The position numbers and the translations under genes are program-made. This document shows, in pieces, positions 37,131 through 45,789 of a stretch of DNA of 64,000 bases. The DNA is from Candidatus Omnitrophota bacterium (lineage in GTDB: Bacteria > Omnitrophota > Gorgyraeia > Zapsychrales > Zapsychraceae). Each line of letters opens with the position of its first letter. Position 1 is the first letter of the stretch. Location of the stretch: assembly GCA_035292445.1 (NCBI GenBank), contig DATDQB010000023.1, positions 153,533-217,532 of the forward strand, in the 5' to 3' direction. Below the pieces are notes generated by a model. It saw only the letters and a list, made by a program, of their open reading frames with translations, was not told the DNA's origin and ran no database searches.

Positions 37131-39662
37131 ATGCAGGGTTTCATGTCGGCAAATCACATTATGGAATACTCAATCAACACAATTAAATCGCTCGAAGCCA
37201 AGTGGCAGAAGTACTGGGATGAATCGAAGATATTTCACGCCCACGAAGACCCTTCCAAGAAAAAATACTATGTCCTGGAGATGTATCCGTATCCTTCCGG
37301 CAAGCTGCACATGGGGCATGTGCGCAATTACACGATCGGCGATGTTCTCGCGCGTTTCTGGCGCATGCAGGGGCGTAACGTTCTTTATCCTATTGGGTTC
37401 GATTCCTTCGGCCTTCCTGCCGAGAATGCGGCCATTAAAAATAACGAAGACCCGAAAGCCTGGACCGAAAAACGCATGGAGGAGATGGTCCGGCAAATGA
37501 AGAAGATCGGGTTAAGTTATGACTGGTCGCGGTACCTTTACAGCCACAGCCCCGAATATTACAAATGGAACCAGTGGATTTTTATCCAGATGTTCAAGAA
37601 TGGGCTGGTTTATAAAAAGAAATCGCTGGTGAATTGGGATCCGGTCGATAAAACGGTTTTGGCGAACGAACAGGTCATTGACGGCAAAGGCTGGCGCTCG
37701 GGCGCGGAAGTTGAGAAAAAAGAAATCGAGCAGTGGTTTATTAAAATTACGGCGTTTGCCGAGGAATTGTTGAATGATCTGGAAAAGTTGGAGGATTGGC
37801 CCGAGCGGGTCAAGACCATGCAGCGCAATTGGATCGGCAAAAGTTACGGCACGTTGATTAAATTCGATGTCGTTGATGAGAAGGGCAAAAGAATTGACAT
37901 GATCGAAACTTTCACGACGCGCCCTGATACGGTTTTCGGGATCGAATACGTAGTCGCCGCCGCGGAGCATCCCAAGGTGAAAGAATGGACCAAGGGCACC
38001 AAGAAAGAAAAAGAGGTGAATACTTTTATAGAGAAGGTTTCCAAGGAATCGCTGATTGAGCGGATGGAGGAGGGAAAAGAGAAAAACGGAGTCGCCTTGG
38101 GCGTCCACGCGATTAATCCGGTGAATAAAAAGAAAATCCCTTTGTGGGCGGCCGATTATGTATTGATGGATTACGGCACCGGCATTGTCATGGCGGTCCC
38201 GGCGCATGATCAGCGCGACTTTTTATTTGCGAAAAAATATAAATTACCAATCACGGTTGTCATTCATCCGGATGATGTAGGGGCGGGGTCTCCCCGCCCT
38301 AACACGGAGGGCGCGGAAACCGCGCCCGTACAGGCAGCGTTCGTCGATGTCGGGATAATGGTCAACAGCGACCTATTTAACGGCATCAGATCCGATGAAG
38401 CCATCGACAAGATGAGTGTATGGATAGAAAAACAAGGGTTTGGCAAGCGCACGGTTACGTATCGACTGAAAGATTGGCTCATTTCCCGCCAGCGTTATTG
38501 GGGAACGCCGATCCCGATCTATTACGATGATAAAGGTGTGCCGCAGCCGATTCCGGAAGAAGAACTGCCGGTGGAGTTACCCAACGATATCGAGTTCGGC
38601 AAAGGCAATCCTTTGGAGACTTCCAAAAGTTTTAAATATTACGTTGATAAAAAGACCGGCAAGAAATATCGGCGCGAAACAGACACGATGGATACGTTTT
38701 TTGATTCTTCATGGTATTACATCCGTTATACGGATTTGAATATAAAAGCGCCTTTCGACAAGAACAAGGCCAATTACTGGATGCCGGTGGACCAGTATAT
38801 TGGCGGCATTGAGCACGCGATCTTGCATTTACTTTATGCGCGGTTTTTTAACAAATTTTTTAAAAAAATCGGGCTTATTCAATATGATGAGCCATTCAAA
38901 CGTTTATTAACGCAAGGGATGGTTTTGCTGCACGGGGAGGTCATGTCCAAGTCCAAAGGCAACATTGTTGACCCGGATGAGATGGTCGAGAAGTTCGGCA
39001 CTGATAGCTTGCGTTTGTTCATGCTTTTTGCCGCGCCTCCCGAAGATCAGCTGGAGTGGAACGATAAAGCGATCGAAGGCGCGTGGCGTTTCTTAAACCG
39101 CATCTGGCAATTGGCCGAGGAGCGTTATAAGGCTGCGGTGGATAAAATCGATTCGGCGGATTTAGACGAAGCCGACAAGGACATGGAGCGGCTGCGCAAT
39201 GCGACCATCAAAAAGATCACGGATGATATCAAAAATTATAAATTCAACACGGCGATCAGCAGCATGATGATCTTGATGAACCATGTTGATAAATACAGGA
39301 CCGACAGCGTAACGAAGCAAGTGGTCCTGAACCGTACGATCAAAGATGTTGTTGTTCTTCTGTCTCCGATCGCGCCGCATATGTGTGAAGAGCTTTGGCA
39401 GAGCATGGGTAACAAAGAAGAGTCCATTATCCGTGCCGGCTGGCCCCGCTACGACGAAGCGGCACTCAAGGCCGATACGTTCGAGCTGGTCGTCCAAGTG
39501 AACGGCAAGTTACGCTCCAGGATCAAGGTCGCCTCCGACATTTCCCCCAAAGCCCTTGAGCCCATCGTGCTGTCGGATGAATCCGTCCAGAAATTCATTG
39601 ACGGCAAACCGGTCAAGAAATTCATCTACGTCCCCGGCAAACTGGCCAATATTGTTGTTTAA
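37131..39662 (+). CDS. leuS: Leucine--tRNA ligase
   Basis: HMGH motif ([15 protein letters not shown]) and KMSKS motif (VMSKSKGN). Start is ambiguous: ATG at 37131, 37143 or 37161, with [19 protein letters not shown] matching LeuRS N-termini. The 3' end appears replaced; see the remnant at 40410-40508. Confidence 0.9.
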   Translation: MQGFMSANHIMEYSINTIKSLEAKWQKYWDESKIFHAHEDPSKKKYYVLEMYPYPSGKLHMGHVRNYTIGDVLARFWRMQGRNVLYPIGFDSFGLPAENAAIKNNEDPKAWTEKRMEEMVRQMKKIGLSYDWSRYLYSHSPEYYKWNQWIFIQMFKNGLVYKKKSLVNWDPVDKTVLANEQVIDGKGWRSGAEVEKKEIEQWFIKITAFAEELLNDLEKLEDWPERVKTMQRNWIGKSYGTLIKFDVVDEKGKRIDMIETFTTRPDTVFGIEYVVAAAEHPKVKEWTKGTKKEKEVNTFIEKVSKESLIERMEEGKEKNGVALGVHAINPVNKKKIPLWAADYVLMDYGTGIVMAVPAHDQRDFLFAKKYKLPITVVIHPDDVGAGSPRPNTEGAETAPVQAAFVDVGIMVNSDLFNGIRSDEAIDKMSVWIEKQGFGKRTVTYRLKDWLISRQRYWGTPIPIYYDDKGVPQPIPEEELPVELPNDIEFGKGNPLETSKSFKYYVDKKTGKKYRRETDTMDTFFDSSWYYIRYTDLNIKAPFDKNKANYWMPVDQYIGGIEHAILHLLYARFFNKFFKKIGLIQYDEPFKRLLTQGMVLLHGEVMSKSKGNIVDPDEMVEKFGTDSLRLFMLFAAPPEDQLEWNDKAIEGAWRFLNRIWQLAEERYKAAVDKIDSADLDEADKDMERLRNATIKKITDDIKNYKFNTAISSMMILMNHVDKYRTDSVTKQVVLNRTIKDVVVLLSPIAPHMCEELWQSMGNKEESIIRAGWPRYDEAALKADTFELVVQVNGKLRSRIKVASDISPKALEPIVLSDESVQKFIDGKPVKKFIYVPGKLANIVV

Positions 39663-39683
39663 CTTTCGATAATTAAAATACTT

Positions 39684-39707
39684 GTATTATGTGTTAACAC
39701 ATATTAT
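39684..39707. promoter_or_regulatory. Imperfect 24-bp palindrome (TATTATGTGTTAACACATATTATA) in the promoter of the first VapBC-like pair; candidate antitoxin operator
   Basis: A perfect core GTGTTAACAC sits inside the longer imperfect inverted repeat. A -10-like TATTAT/TATACT overlaps it. Confidence 0.45.
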
Positions 39708-39733
39708 ACTTAGCATAGAAAGGAGATCGTTCT

Positions 39734-39958
39734 ATGCCAAACATGACACTCGCCATTCCGGATGATTTGAAGGAAAAAATGGACCGTTTCAAGGAGATCA
39801 ACTGGTCGGAGGTCGCGCGTCAGGCCATCCGCGAAAAGACGCTGCTTTTGGAGCGCGTTAATCAGATACTTTCCGGCAGCACGCTGGATGAGGCTTTCCT
39901 TGAAACCCACGCAGCCAAGATCAAAAAAAGCGTATCCAAAAAGCACAAGACGGGCTAA
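39734..39958 (+). CDS. Putative antitoxin (small DNA-binding protein) paired with a PIN toxin
   Basis: 74 aa. RBS AAAGGAG. Lies 3 nt upstream of the PIN gene. Confidence 0.5.
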   Translation: MPNMTLAIPDDLKEKMDRFKEINWSEVARQAIREKTLLLERVNQILSGSTLDEAFLETHAAKIKKSVSKKHKTG

Positions 39959-39961
39959 AGC

Positions 39962-40387
39962 ATGCAACTTGTTGTTGATGCCAATATCCTACTGGCCGCC
40001 TTTTTAAAGAAGGCTGTTACCAGGGAGTTTCTTTTGGACTCACGGCTTAACCTGGCGGCTCCGGAGCATCTTCTTTCGGAAACCCTCCGTCATCTGCGCC
40101 GGGACGCCTCGATTAGAAAGCGCATCGGGTTGCCGATTGAGGAAATAGAAGCGCTGTTTTTGCAGCTGACCCACCGGATCCAGGTTTTCCCCCAAGTAGC
40201 GTATCGATCTTTCATGAAAGAAGCACTGGCGCTGGCCGCGCATCATGAGGACGCGCCTTATCTCGCGCTGGCGTTAATGTTAAAGGCTGTCGTGTGGTCA
40301 AATGACAAGGGGATGAAACAACAGGCGACGGTGACCGTTTATTCGACCAGTGAATTGCTGGCCATATTGCAGCAAATGAGCGGTTGA
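39962..40387 (+). CDS. PIN-domain toxin (VapC-like)
   Basis: N-terminal LVVDANILLAAF (the VDxN acidic motif of PIN domains). Size is 141 aa. Confidence 0.65.
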   Translation: MQLVVDANILLAAFLKKAVTREFLLDSRLNLAAPEHLLSETLRHLRRDASIRKRIGLPIEEIEALFLQLTHRIQVFPQVAYRSFMKEALALAAHHEDAPYLALALMLKAVVWSNDKGMKQQATVTVYSTSELLAILQQMSG

Positions 40388-40409
40388 GGCGGGGGAATTC
40401 GGTACGCGT

Positions 40410-40508
40410 TCCCGGAAATTGCATCCGAATATCCAAAAATTCCTTGAAGGAAAGCCCCCTAAGAAGTTTATTTACGTTGCTGGCAAATTGGCGAACGTCG
40501 TAGTATAA
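40410..40508 (+). pseudogene. Displaced remnant of a leuS 3' end (encodes ...IQKFLEGKPPKKFIYVAGKLANVVV*)
   Basis: In-frame translation closely matches the current LeuRS C-terminus ([25 protein letters not shown]). There is no start codon or upstream reading frame. Confidence 0.6.
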
Positions 40509-40555
40509 TCCTGATTATTCCCCACCGCTCGGTTTCCCCACCATAGCGTATCTTC

Positions 40556-40891
40556 ATGTTCAATCAACAAGAGAAAATATTTCTTTTAGGCATTTGCGCC
40601 GTTTTGTTTTTCGGCGCCTGCCTGGACTTGGCGTTCAAACAGTTTCCCTTTCTTTCTTCCATTGTTAACGTGATGGAAAGCCCGTCCGTTTATCCCAAGG
40701 TCGACGTCAATCAGGCCAACCGCGAGGAGCTCGTGCGCATTCCCTATATTGGTGATTATACGGCCGGAAGAATCATCGCGTACCGCCAAACGCACGGGGG
40801 CTTTCGTTCCCTGGAAGAATTAAAAAAGGTCACCGGCATCAAAGAGAAAAATTATGAGCGTTTTAAATCTTATTTGAAAGTTCGCCCATGA
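40556..40891 (+). CDS. comEA: ComEA-like helix-hairpin-helix DNA-binding competence protein
   Basis: N-terminal TM. C-terminal HhH tandem (VDVNQANREELVRIPYIGDYTAGRIIAYRQTHGGFRSLEELKKVTGI). Confidence 0.7.
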   Translation: MFNQQEKIFLLGICAVLFFGACLDLAFKQFPFLSSIVNVMESPSVYPKVDVNQANREELVRIPYIGDYTAGRIIAYRQTHGGFRSLEELKKVTGIKEKNYERFKSYLKVRP

Positions 40892-42453
40892 AAAAGCCTG
40901 TTTATCCTTGTTGTTTGGCGGTTTTTTGTTTTTCTACAGGCATTATTGTTGGGCGTTTTTGGGGCGTCCCTTTCGTGTATTTGGGTTATGGCCTATTATT
41001 GCTGTTTTTTCTTAATGCGTTTTTATTGCGCAGGAAATATGTTTCGCAATTTTTCCTTCTTCTTTTGATTTTCCTGTTCGGGATATTCTGGACGCAGGTG
41101 CGGCTTCAAGCCTCCGCCGATGACATCAGCCGGCTTTCGTATGAAATACGCCGTCAGATGATGATGGTTGAAGGCAAAGTCGCGTCAGAGGTGGAATACC
41201 GACAATTTTTCAAGCGCCAAAAGACCATGTTCGTTGTTGAGGTTCTGCGCGTTAAAATAGGCGATAAATGGCAAAAAAGAAGGGGACAGCTCGTCGTTCA
41301 AATTTTCCGCCCCGTAGCGCTTGAATATGGAGACGTCGTATGGATAGAAGGCAGGTTCCTTCCGCCTTTCGTCAAAGAAGATGACGGGCCGGTTTCCTAT
41401 GCGGATTATTTAGAGATCAGGAACATCCGATATATCTTAAGCGTTAAAAAAGAAGGCAAGGTCGAAGTTGTTGAGAAAGGAAAGGGGTTCTGGCTTAAGG
41501 CATTTTCTTTCCGGTTGCGGCAAAAATTATTCGGCATCTTTGACCGGCATCTCACCGTTAATGAGGCAGGGCTGATGAAAGCGGTTATTTTGGGGGAGCG
41601 TTCCCATGTCCCCAAGCACGTCAACGAGCTTTTTCTTCGCACTGGCACGGTCCATGTATTGGCGATCAGCGGCTTTAACGTCGGGATTGTTGCCGCTTTA
41701 TTTTTGATGGCATTCAGATTTTTCCCTGTCTCAAGGCGGATGATGCTGGGCACTGTCATCGTTCTTTTGGCCGGCTATTGTTTCTTGGTAGGTTCCGCCC
41801 CCAGCGTCCTTCGCTCCACGATCATGATCATCATTCTGCTGACCGGGTTTATGCTGGAAAAAGAGCCGCAACCCATAAACACATTGGCGGTGGCGGCTTT
41901 CGGCATCCTTATTTTCAATCCGCTGTATCTATTTGACATCGGGTTTCAGCTGTCGTTCATTTGCGTTTGGGCCATTTTCATCGTGAGCCCTTTTTTGAGC
42001 AAGGAAACCAACATTCTTGAGGAGGTGCCCGGCTACAACAGGAATTTCTTCAGGTGGCTGTGGCATTCTTTGGCCCTTTCGCTGGCGATCTGGTTGGCCG
42101 TTGCCGGGCTGATCGCGTATTATTTTCGCATCGTGACACCCGTTACCATCCTTGCGAATTTGCCCATCGTGCCCATTATTGGCGCCGTCATCGCTTTTGG
42201 CTTTTTGCTCATCCTTGTTGAGCTGTGCTTTCCTTTCGCCGGCGTTTGGGTTGCATTGGCACTTAAGTTCGTTCTTAATGCCATGATCGCCATCGTTTTT
42301 TTATTCGATCAGCTGCCGTGGTCAAGTTTCTTCTTCAATAGCGTAACTCATTGGCATTTAATTATTTACTATGCGCTCCTTCTAACTGCTTTAATTATTG
42401 TCTTAAGGATTAATGTATCTGACAACAAGCAAAAAGTAACCCATACTAAATAA
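40888..42453 (+). CDS. comEC: ComEC/Rec2 DNA internalisation channel protein (no beta-lactamase domain)
   Basis: DUF4131-like N-terminus plus a polytopic competence domain (VHVLAISGFNVGIVAALF). Size is 521 aa. Confidence 0.7.
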   Translation: MKKPVYPCCLAVFCFSTGIIVGRFWGVPFVYLGYGLLLLFFLNAFLLRRKYVSQFFLLLLIFLFGIFWTQVRLQASADDISRLSYEIRRQMMMVEGKVASEVEYRQFFKRQKTMFVVEVLRVKIGDKWQKRRGQLVVQIFRPVALEYGDVVWIEGRFLPPFVKEDDGPVSYADYLEIRNIRYILSVKKEGKVEVVEKGKGFWLKAFSFRLRQKLFGIFDRHLTVNEAGLMKAVILGERSHVPKHVNELFLRTGTVHVLAISGFNVGIVAALFLMAFRFFPVSRRMMLGTVIVLLAGYCFLVGSAPSVLRSTIMIIILLTGFMLEKEPQPINTLAVAAFGILIFNPLYLFDIGFQLSFICVWAIFIVSPFLSKETNILEEVPGYNRNFFRWLWHSLALSLAIWLAVAGLIAYYFRIVTPVTILANLPIVPIIGAVIAFGFLLILVELCFPFAGVWVALALKFVLNAMIAIVFLFDQLPWSSFFFNSVTHWHLIIYYALLLTALIIVLRINVSDNKQKVTHTK

Positions 42454-42470
42454 TGTAGGATAAATAACAC

Positions 42471-42498
42471 TTGACATACATTTATTGTGTAGTATACT
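42471..42498 (+). promoter_or_regulatory. Strong sigma70-like promoter TTGACA-16-TATACT upstream of the second VapBC pair
   Basis: Consensus hexamers in an AT-rich patch. Confidence 0.45.
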
Positions 42499-42522
42499 TT
42501 AAACAGAAAGGGGGATATAATT

Positions 42523-42777
42523 ATGGTCACGACAACCGTAACTACCAAAGGGCAAATCGTTATTCCTTCCCGAATCCGTCGGAAACTAAAGATCAAAAGA
42601 GGCACGAGGCTTTCCATTGAAGAGAAGGGGGATCAGATTATCCTGCAACCATTGACAGAAGACTATTTTGAGAAAATGGCCGGGATTTTGAATACGAAAG
42701 GAAAAGGAGTCAAGGCGCTTCTTGAAGAGAGGGCTAAAGAAAAAGAACGGGAGGACAAGAAATGGTCAAGGTCCTAG
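42523..42777 (+). CDS. AbrB/MazE/SpoVT-family antitoxin
   Basis: Swapped-hairpin motif (TKGQIVIPSRIRRKL). Size is 84 aa. Overlaps the PIN gene by 16 nt. Confidence 0.65.
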   Translation: MVTTTVTTKGQIVIPSRIRRKLKIKRGTRLSIEEKGDQIILQPLTEDYFEKMAGILNTKGKGVKALLEERAKEKEREDKKWSRS

Positions 42778-43160
42778 ACGCAAGTGCCTTGATGGCTTAT
42801 TTGGAAAGAGAGCCCGGCTATGAAAAAATCAGAGAGTTGTTCGTCAAGACAGCGGACAACGGCAGAAAGTTGCTCATGTCAACCGTTAATTGGGGCGAAG
42901 TTTTTTACATATTAATACGGGATTATGGTATTGAAGAAGCGGAGAGGGTCCAAAAGATTATTGAAACCTTTCCGATTGAATTTGTGCCGCCAGATTTAGT
43001 CATTACTAAACAAGCTGCTTTTTACAAAGCCACCAAGAAACTTCCTTATGCTGATTGTTTCGCCGCTGCCTTGGCCAAGCTTCAGAAAGGCGAGGTTGTA
43101 ACGGGAGACAAAGAGTTCAAGGCAATAGAAAATGATGTTAGGGTCGTTTGGATTACGTAA
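42762..43160 (+). CDS. PIN-domain toxin (VapC-like)
   Basis: VKVLDASALMAYL N-terminus; acidic residues spaced as in PIN folds. Size is 132 aa. Confidence 0.65.
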   Translation: MVKVLDASALMAYLEREPGYEKIRELFVKTADNGRKLLMSTVNWGEVFYILIRDYGIEEAERVQKIIETFPIEFVPPDLVITKQAAFYKATKKLPYADCFAAALAKLQKGEVVTGDKEFKAIENDVRVVWIT

Positions 43161-43225
43161 TGGTCAGAAAGAAGTCTCCGCCAAAGTTTCCGTTTTAATC
43201 TGTTTTTCTTAAGCCTTGGGTAACA

Positions 43226-44251
43226 TTGTTTATGAGGCAATTGATTCGGTTGAACGGATTGACAAAGCCCGTCAAGTGTAGTAAATTAGCGCATATGCTT
43301 CCTCGAAGAATTTTATTAATAATATTATTAATCTTATTTTCTATTCCCTCCGTGAGCCACGCTTTCTGGGTCTGGACACCGGAAACCAACAAGTGGATCA
43401 ACCCCAAATACTCGGTCAAAGACACGCCCTCCGAACAGCTCGAATTCGCCATCGGCTTCTACAAAAACAAAGAATACGAAGAAGCGCTGCGGGAATTCAG
43501 GAAGTTGATCAGGCATTACCCGCGCGCCCGCGAAGCCCCTGATGCCCAGTATTACATCGGCAAGGTCTTTGAGGACCAGGGGGAGGTGTTCACCGCTTTC
43601 AAAGAATACCAGATCGTGGTGGAGAAGTATCCTTTCAGTGACCGTTCGGTAGAGATCGTCAAATTGCAGTATGAGATCGGGAATAAACTGCTTGAAGGCG
43701 AAGGCACGAGAAATAAATTCATGAGCACGCTCAAAGGCACCAATTATAATGTGATCGATATTTTTCAGACGATCATCAAAAATGCCCCGTACGGGGATCT
43801 AGCGGCGCCTTCGCAGTATAAGATCGGGCTGTACTTGATGGAACAGGGCCTTTACCAGGAATCGCGCGATGAGTTCGAGAAAGTGGTTAACGATTACCCC
43901 CAAAGCGAGTGGGCCAAGGCCGCCCAATTCCAGATCGCCCAGGCCGATGCCAAGCGCAGCGCCGGTGCCCAATACGACCAAAAGACCACCCAGGCCGCTG
44001 TTGAAGAATTTAAAGAATTTTTGGAGGCCAATCCGGATGCGGAGCTCTCCGATAAGGCTAAAGAACAGATCCGCGTTTTGAGGGAAAAGGAAGCCGAAAA
44101 CAATTTCATGATCGCGCAGTACTATGAGAAAACTAAGAATTACCCTGCGGCCAAGATCTATTATCAATCGATCGTGGACAACTACCGCGATTCCACGTGG
44201 GCGCAAAAGGCGCTTTCGAAAGTCCAAGAAGTCAGTAAAAAGATCAAATGA
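43226..44251 (+). CDS. Periplasmic TPR-repeat protein, BamD/YfiO-like
   Basis: Signal peptide followed by several TPR-like repeats (EALREFRKLIRHYPRAREAPDAQYYIGKV...). The true start may be the ATG at 43295, just downstream of a TTGACA-17-TAAATT promoter. The neighbours are lptE-like and holA. Confidence 0.4.
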   Translation: MFMRQLIRLNGLTKPVKCSKLAHMLPRRILLIILLILFSIPSVSHAFWVWTPETNKWINPKYSVKDTPSEQLEFAIGFYKNKEYEEALREFRKLIRHYPRAREAPDAQYYIGKVFEDQGEVFTAFKEYQIVVEKYPFSDRSVEIVKLQYEIGNKLLEGEGTRNKFMSTLKGTNYNVIDIFQTIIKNAPYGDLAAPSQYKIGLYLMEQGLYQESRDEFEKVVNDYPQSEWAKAAQFQIAQADAKRSAGAQYDQKTTQAAVEEFKEFLEANPDAELSDKAKEQIRVLREKEAENNFMIAQYYEKTKNYPAAKIYYQSIVDNYRDSTWAQKALSKVQEVSKKIK

Positions 44252-44775
44252 AAAAAAATATTTTAACCGTTCTTACCCTCACCGCCGTTTTGATAGCAGG
44301 CTGCGGGTACACGACCCGCTCTTCGTTGCCCGGCCATTTAAGGACGATCCACATCGCGCCTATCGACAATAAGATCGTCTATACTTCCTCCACCAGCCGC
44401 GAGGTGTATTTTCCGCTACTGGAGGTGGACGCCCGTAATGCCATCATCGACCGGTTCCAGTTTGACGGGAATCTGCGCTTCGTCAACGAGGATGACGCTG
44501 ATCTTGTATTGAAGGGCTCGCTCTTGAATTATCAGCGCCACGGGCTTCGTTTCAGCGACGATGATGTGGCGGAGGAATACCGCGTGCAGGTGGTTGTCTC
44601 CCTTGAGATGTTCGATACCCAGAAAAACGAAATGATGTGGCAAGAGCCGCGGTTCGTGGGCGAAGCGACTTTCTTCTTAAGCGGGCCGGAGGCGACTTCG
44701 GAGGAATCCGCGGTCCAGGAAGCCATCGAAGATCTGGCACGCCGTGTGGTGGAACGGACCGTAGAAAACTGGTGA
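44248..44775 (+). CDS. LptE-like LPS-assembly lipoprotein
   Basis: Lipobox LIAGCGY. Size is 175 aa. It occupies the position between leuS and holA that lptE occupies in proteobacteria. Confidence 0.45.
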   Translation: MKKNILTVLTLTAVLIAGCGYTTRSSLPGHLRTIHIAPIDNKIVYTSSTSREVYFPLLEVDARNAIIDRFQFDGNLRFVNEDDADLVLKGSLLNYQRHGLRFSDDDVAEEYRVQVVVSLEMFDTQKNEMMWQEPRFVGEATFFLSGPEATSEESAVQEAIEDLARRVVERTVENW

Positions 44776-44791
44776 TCACGCCCTTAATCCC

Positions 44792-45490
44792 ATGATTTTT
44801 CTCTTTCTCGGAAACGATATTCCCGCAAAAACAAAAGACATCAACGATATCAAGGCCAAATATTTGACCCCTCGAGATCGCTCGGGGTCAACCCTGAGCG
44901 GAGCCGAAGGGTTGACGGCCAAGGATTCGGCGCATTTCGATTTTGAGCTCCTTTACGCGGACAAACTAGACGCGGATGATCTTAAAAAAGCGCTTGTCAG
45001 CCTCCCGGCCGTTTCCAAAAAACGCGTGGTGATGGTGAAAACGATCGAAAAACTTAAAGAGCCGCATCAGAAGATCATCGCCAATTTTTTAGCACAGAAG
45101 GACGCGCCGGTCGCGCTGATCCTGGAAAGCGATCAAACCCAGATCAAAGGTACGTTCATCAATGACGTGCGCCGCATCGCTAAGACGGTTGTGTATCAGG
45201 ATAAGGTGCGTCAAAACGTTTTTGATATGACCAAAGCCATGGAGAGTCGCCGGCCGGTTGAGGCCTTGAAAATACTTTCTGACATTTTGGATGAGGGGGA
45301 TCAGCCGGTGCAGATCATGGGGGCGTTGGTATGGTTTTGGGGGAAGAAACGAAATGCCGTTACCCCCAAAAGGTTCCAACGGGGCCTCGAATGCTTGCAG
45401 GAAGCCGATTTGAATATTAAGCGTTCGCGGTTACAGCCCGGCTATGCGCTTGAAAAGCTCGTGATTAGTTTAGTTGGGCTATTAGCCTAG
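44792..45490 (+). CDS. holA: DNA polymerase III delta subunit (short form)
   Basis: N-terminal FLFLGND (delta-subunit motif). Adjacent divergent rpsT and upstream comEA-comEC, as in Firmicute synteny. Only 232 aa. Confidence 0.55.
   Translation: MIFLFLGNDIPAKTKDINDIKAKYLTPRDRSGSTLSGAEGLTAKDSAHFDFELLYADKLDADDLKKALVSLPAVSKKRVVMVKTIEKLKEPHQKIIANFLAQKDAPVALILESDQTQIKGTFINDVRRIAKTVVYQDKVRQNVFDMTKAMESRRPVEALKILSDILDEGDQPVQIMGALVWFWGKKRNAVTPKRFQRGLECLQEADLNIKRSRLQPGYALEKLVISLVGLLA
44864..44916. repeat. Second copy of the palindromic structured element (TTGACCCC-loop-GGGGTCAA + CCCTGAGC + GTCAACCC...GGGTTGAC), lying in-frame inside holA
   Basis: The 12-nt loop TCGAGATCGCTC matches the 32380 copy at 10 of 12 positions. 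Stem positions differ but remain complementary. Confidence 0.55.
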
Positions 45491-45728
45491 CGAAACGGGA
45501 TTTGCGGCGGGAAGCGGTGTTTTTGCTGATGATGTGGCGTTTGGTGGCTTTATCCAACTTTTTATAGACGCTATTCAGGCTGGAGAGAGCTTCATCTTTT
45601 TTCTTGGAATTGACGCTCGCCAAGAAGTTTTTGATGGTCTTCTTCAGGTCCGTTTTAATGTCGAGATTGTGCAGATGTCTCTTACGGTTTTTTCTTAGTT
45701 CGTCAACGCCGGATTTTCTTTGTGGCAC
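45465..45728 (-). CDS. rpsT: 30S ribosomal protein S20
   Basis: 87 aa, basic, helical. Aligns to S20 (KSGVDELRKNRKRHLHNLDIKTDLKKTIK...ASRRKSRFARLIAQLN). Confidence 0.85.
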   Translation of the reverse strand: MPQRKSGVDELRKNRKRHLHNLDIKTDLKKTIKNFLASVNSKKKDEALSSLNSVYKKLDKATKRHIISKNTASRRKSRFARLIAQLN

Positions 45729-45789
45729 TTAAATTCTCCTGTTCATTTTTCTGATAAGATGGCGAACAATATAGCAAAGAAGCTTATTT

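Noticed and set aside
37512-38207. 231-aa minus-strand ORF inside leuS
   Set aside because: It is antisense to leuS, whose HMGH and KMSKS motifs are unambiguous on the plus strand.
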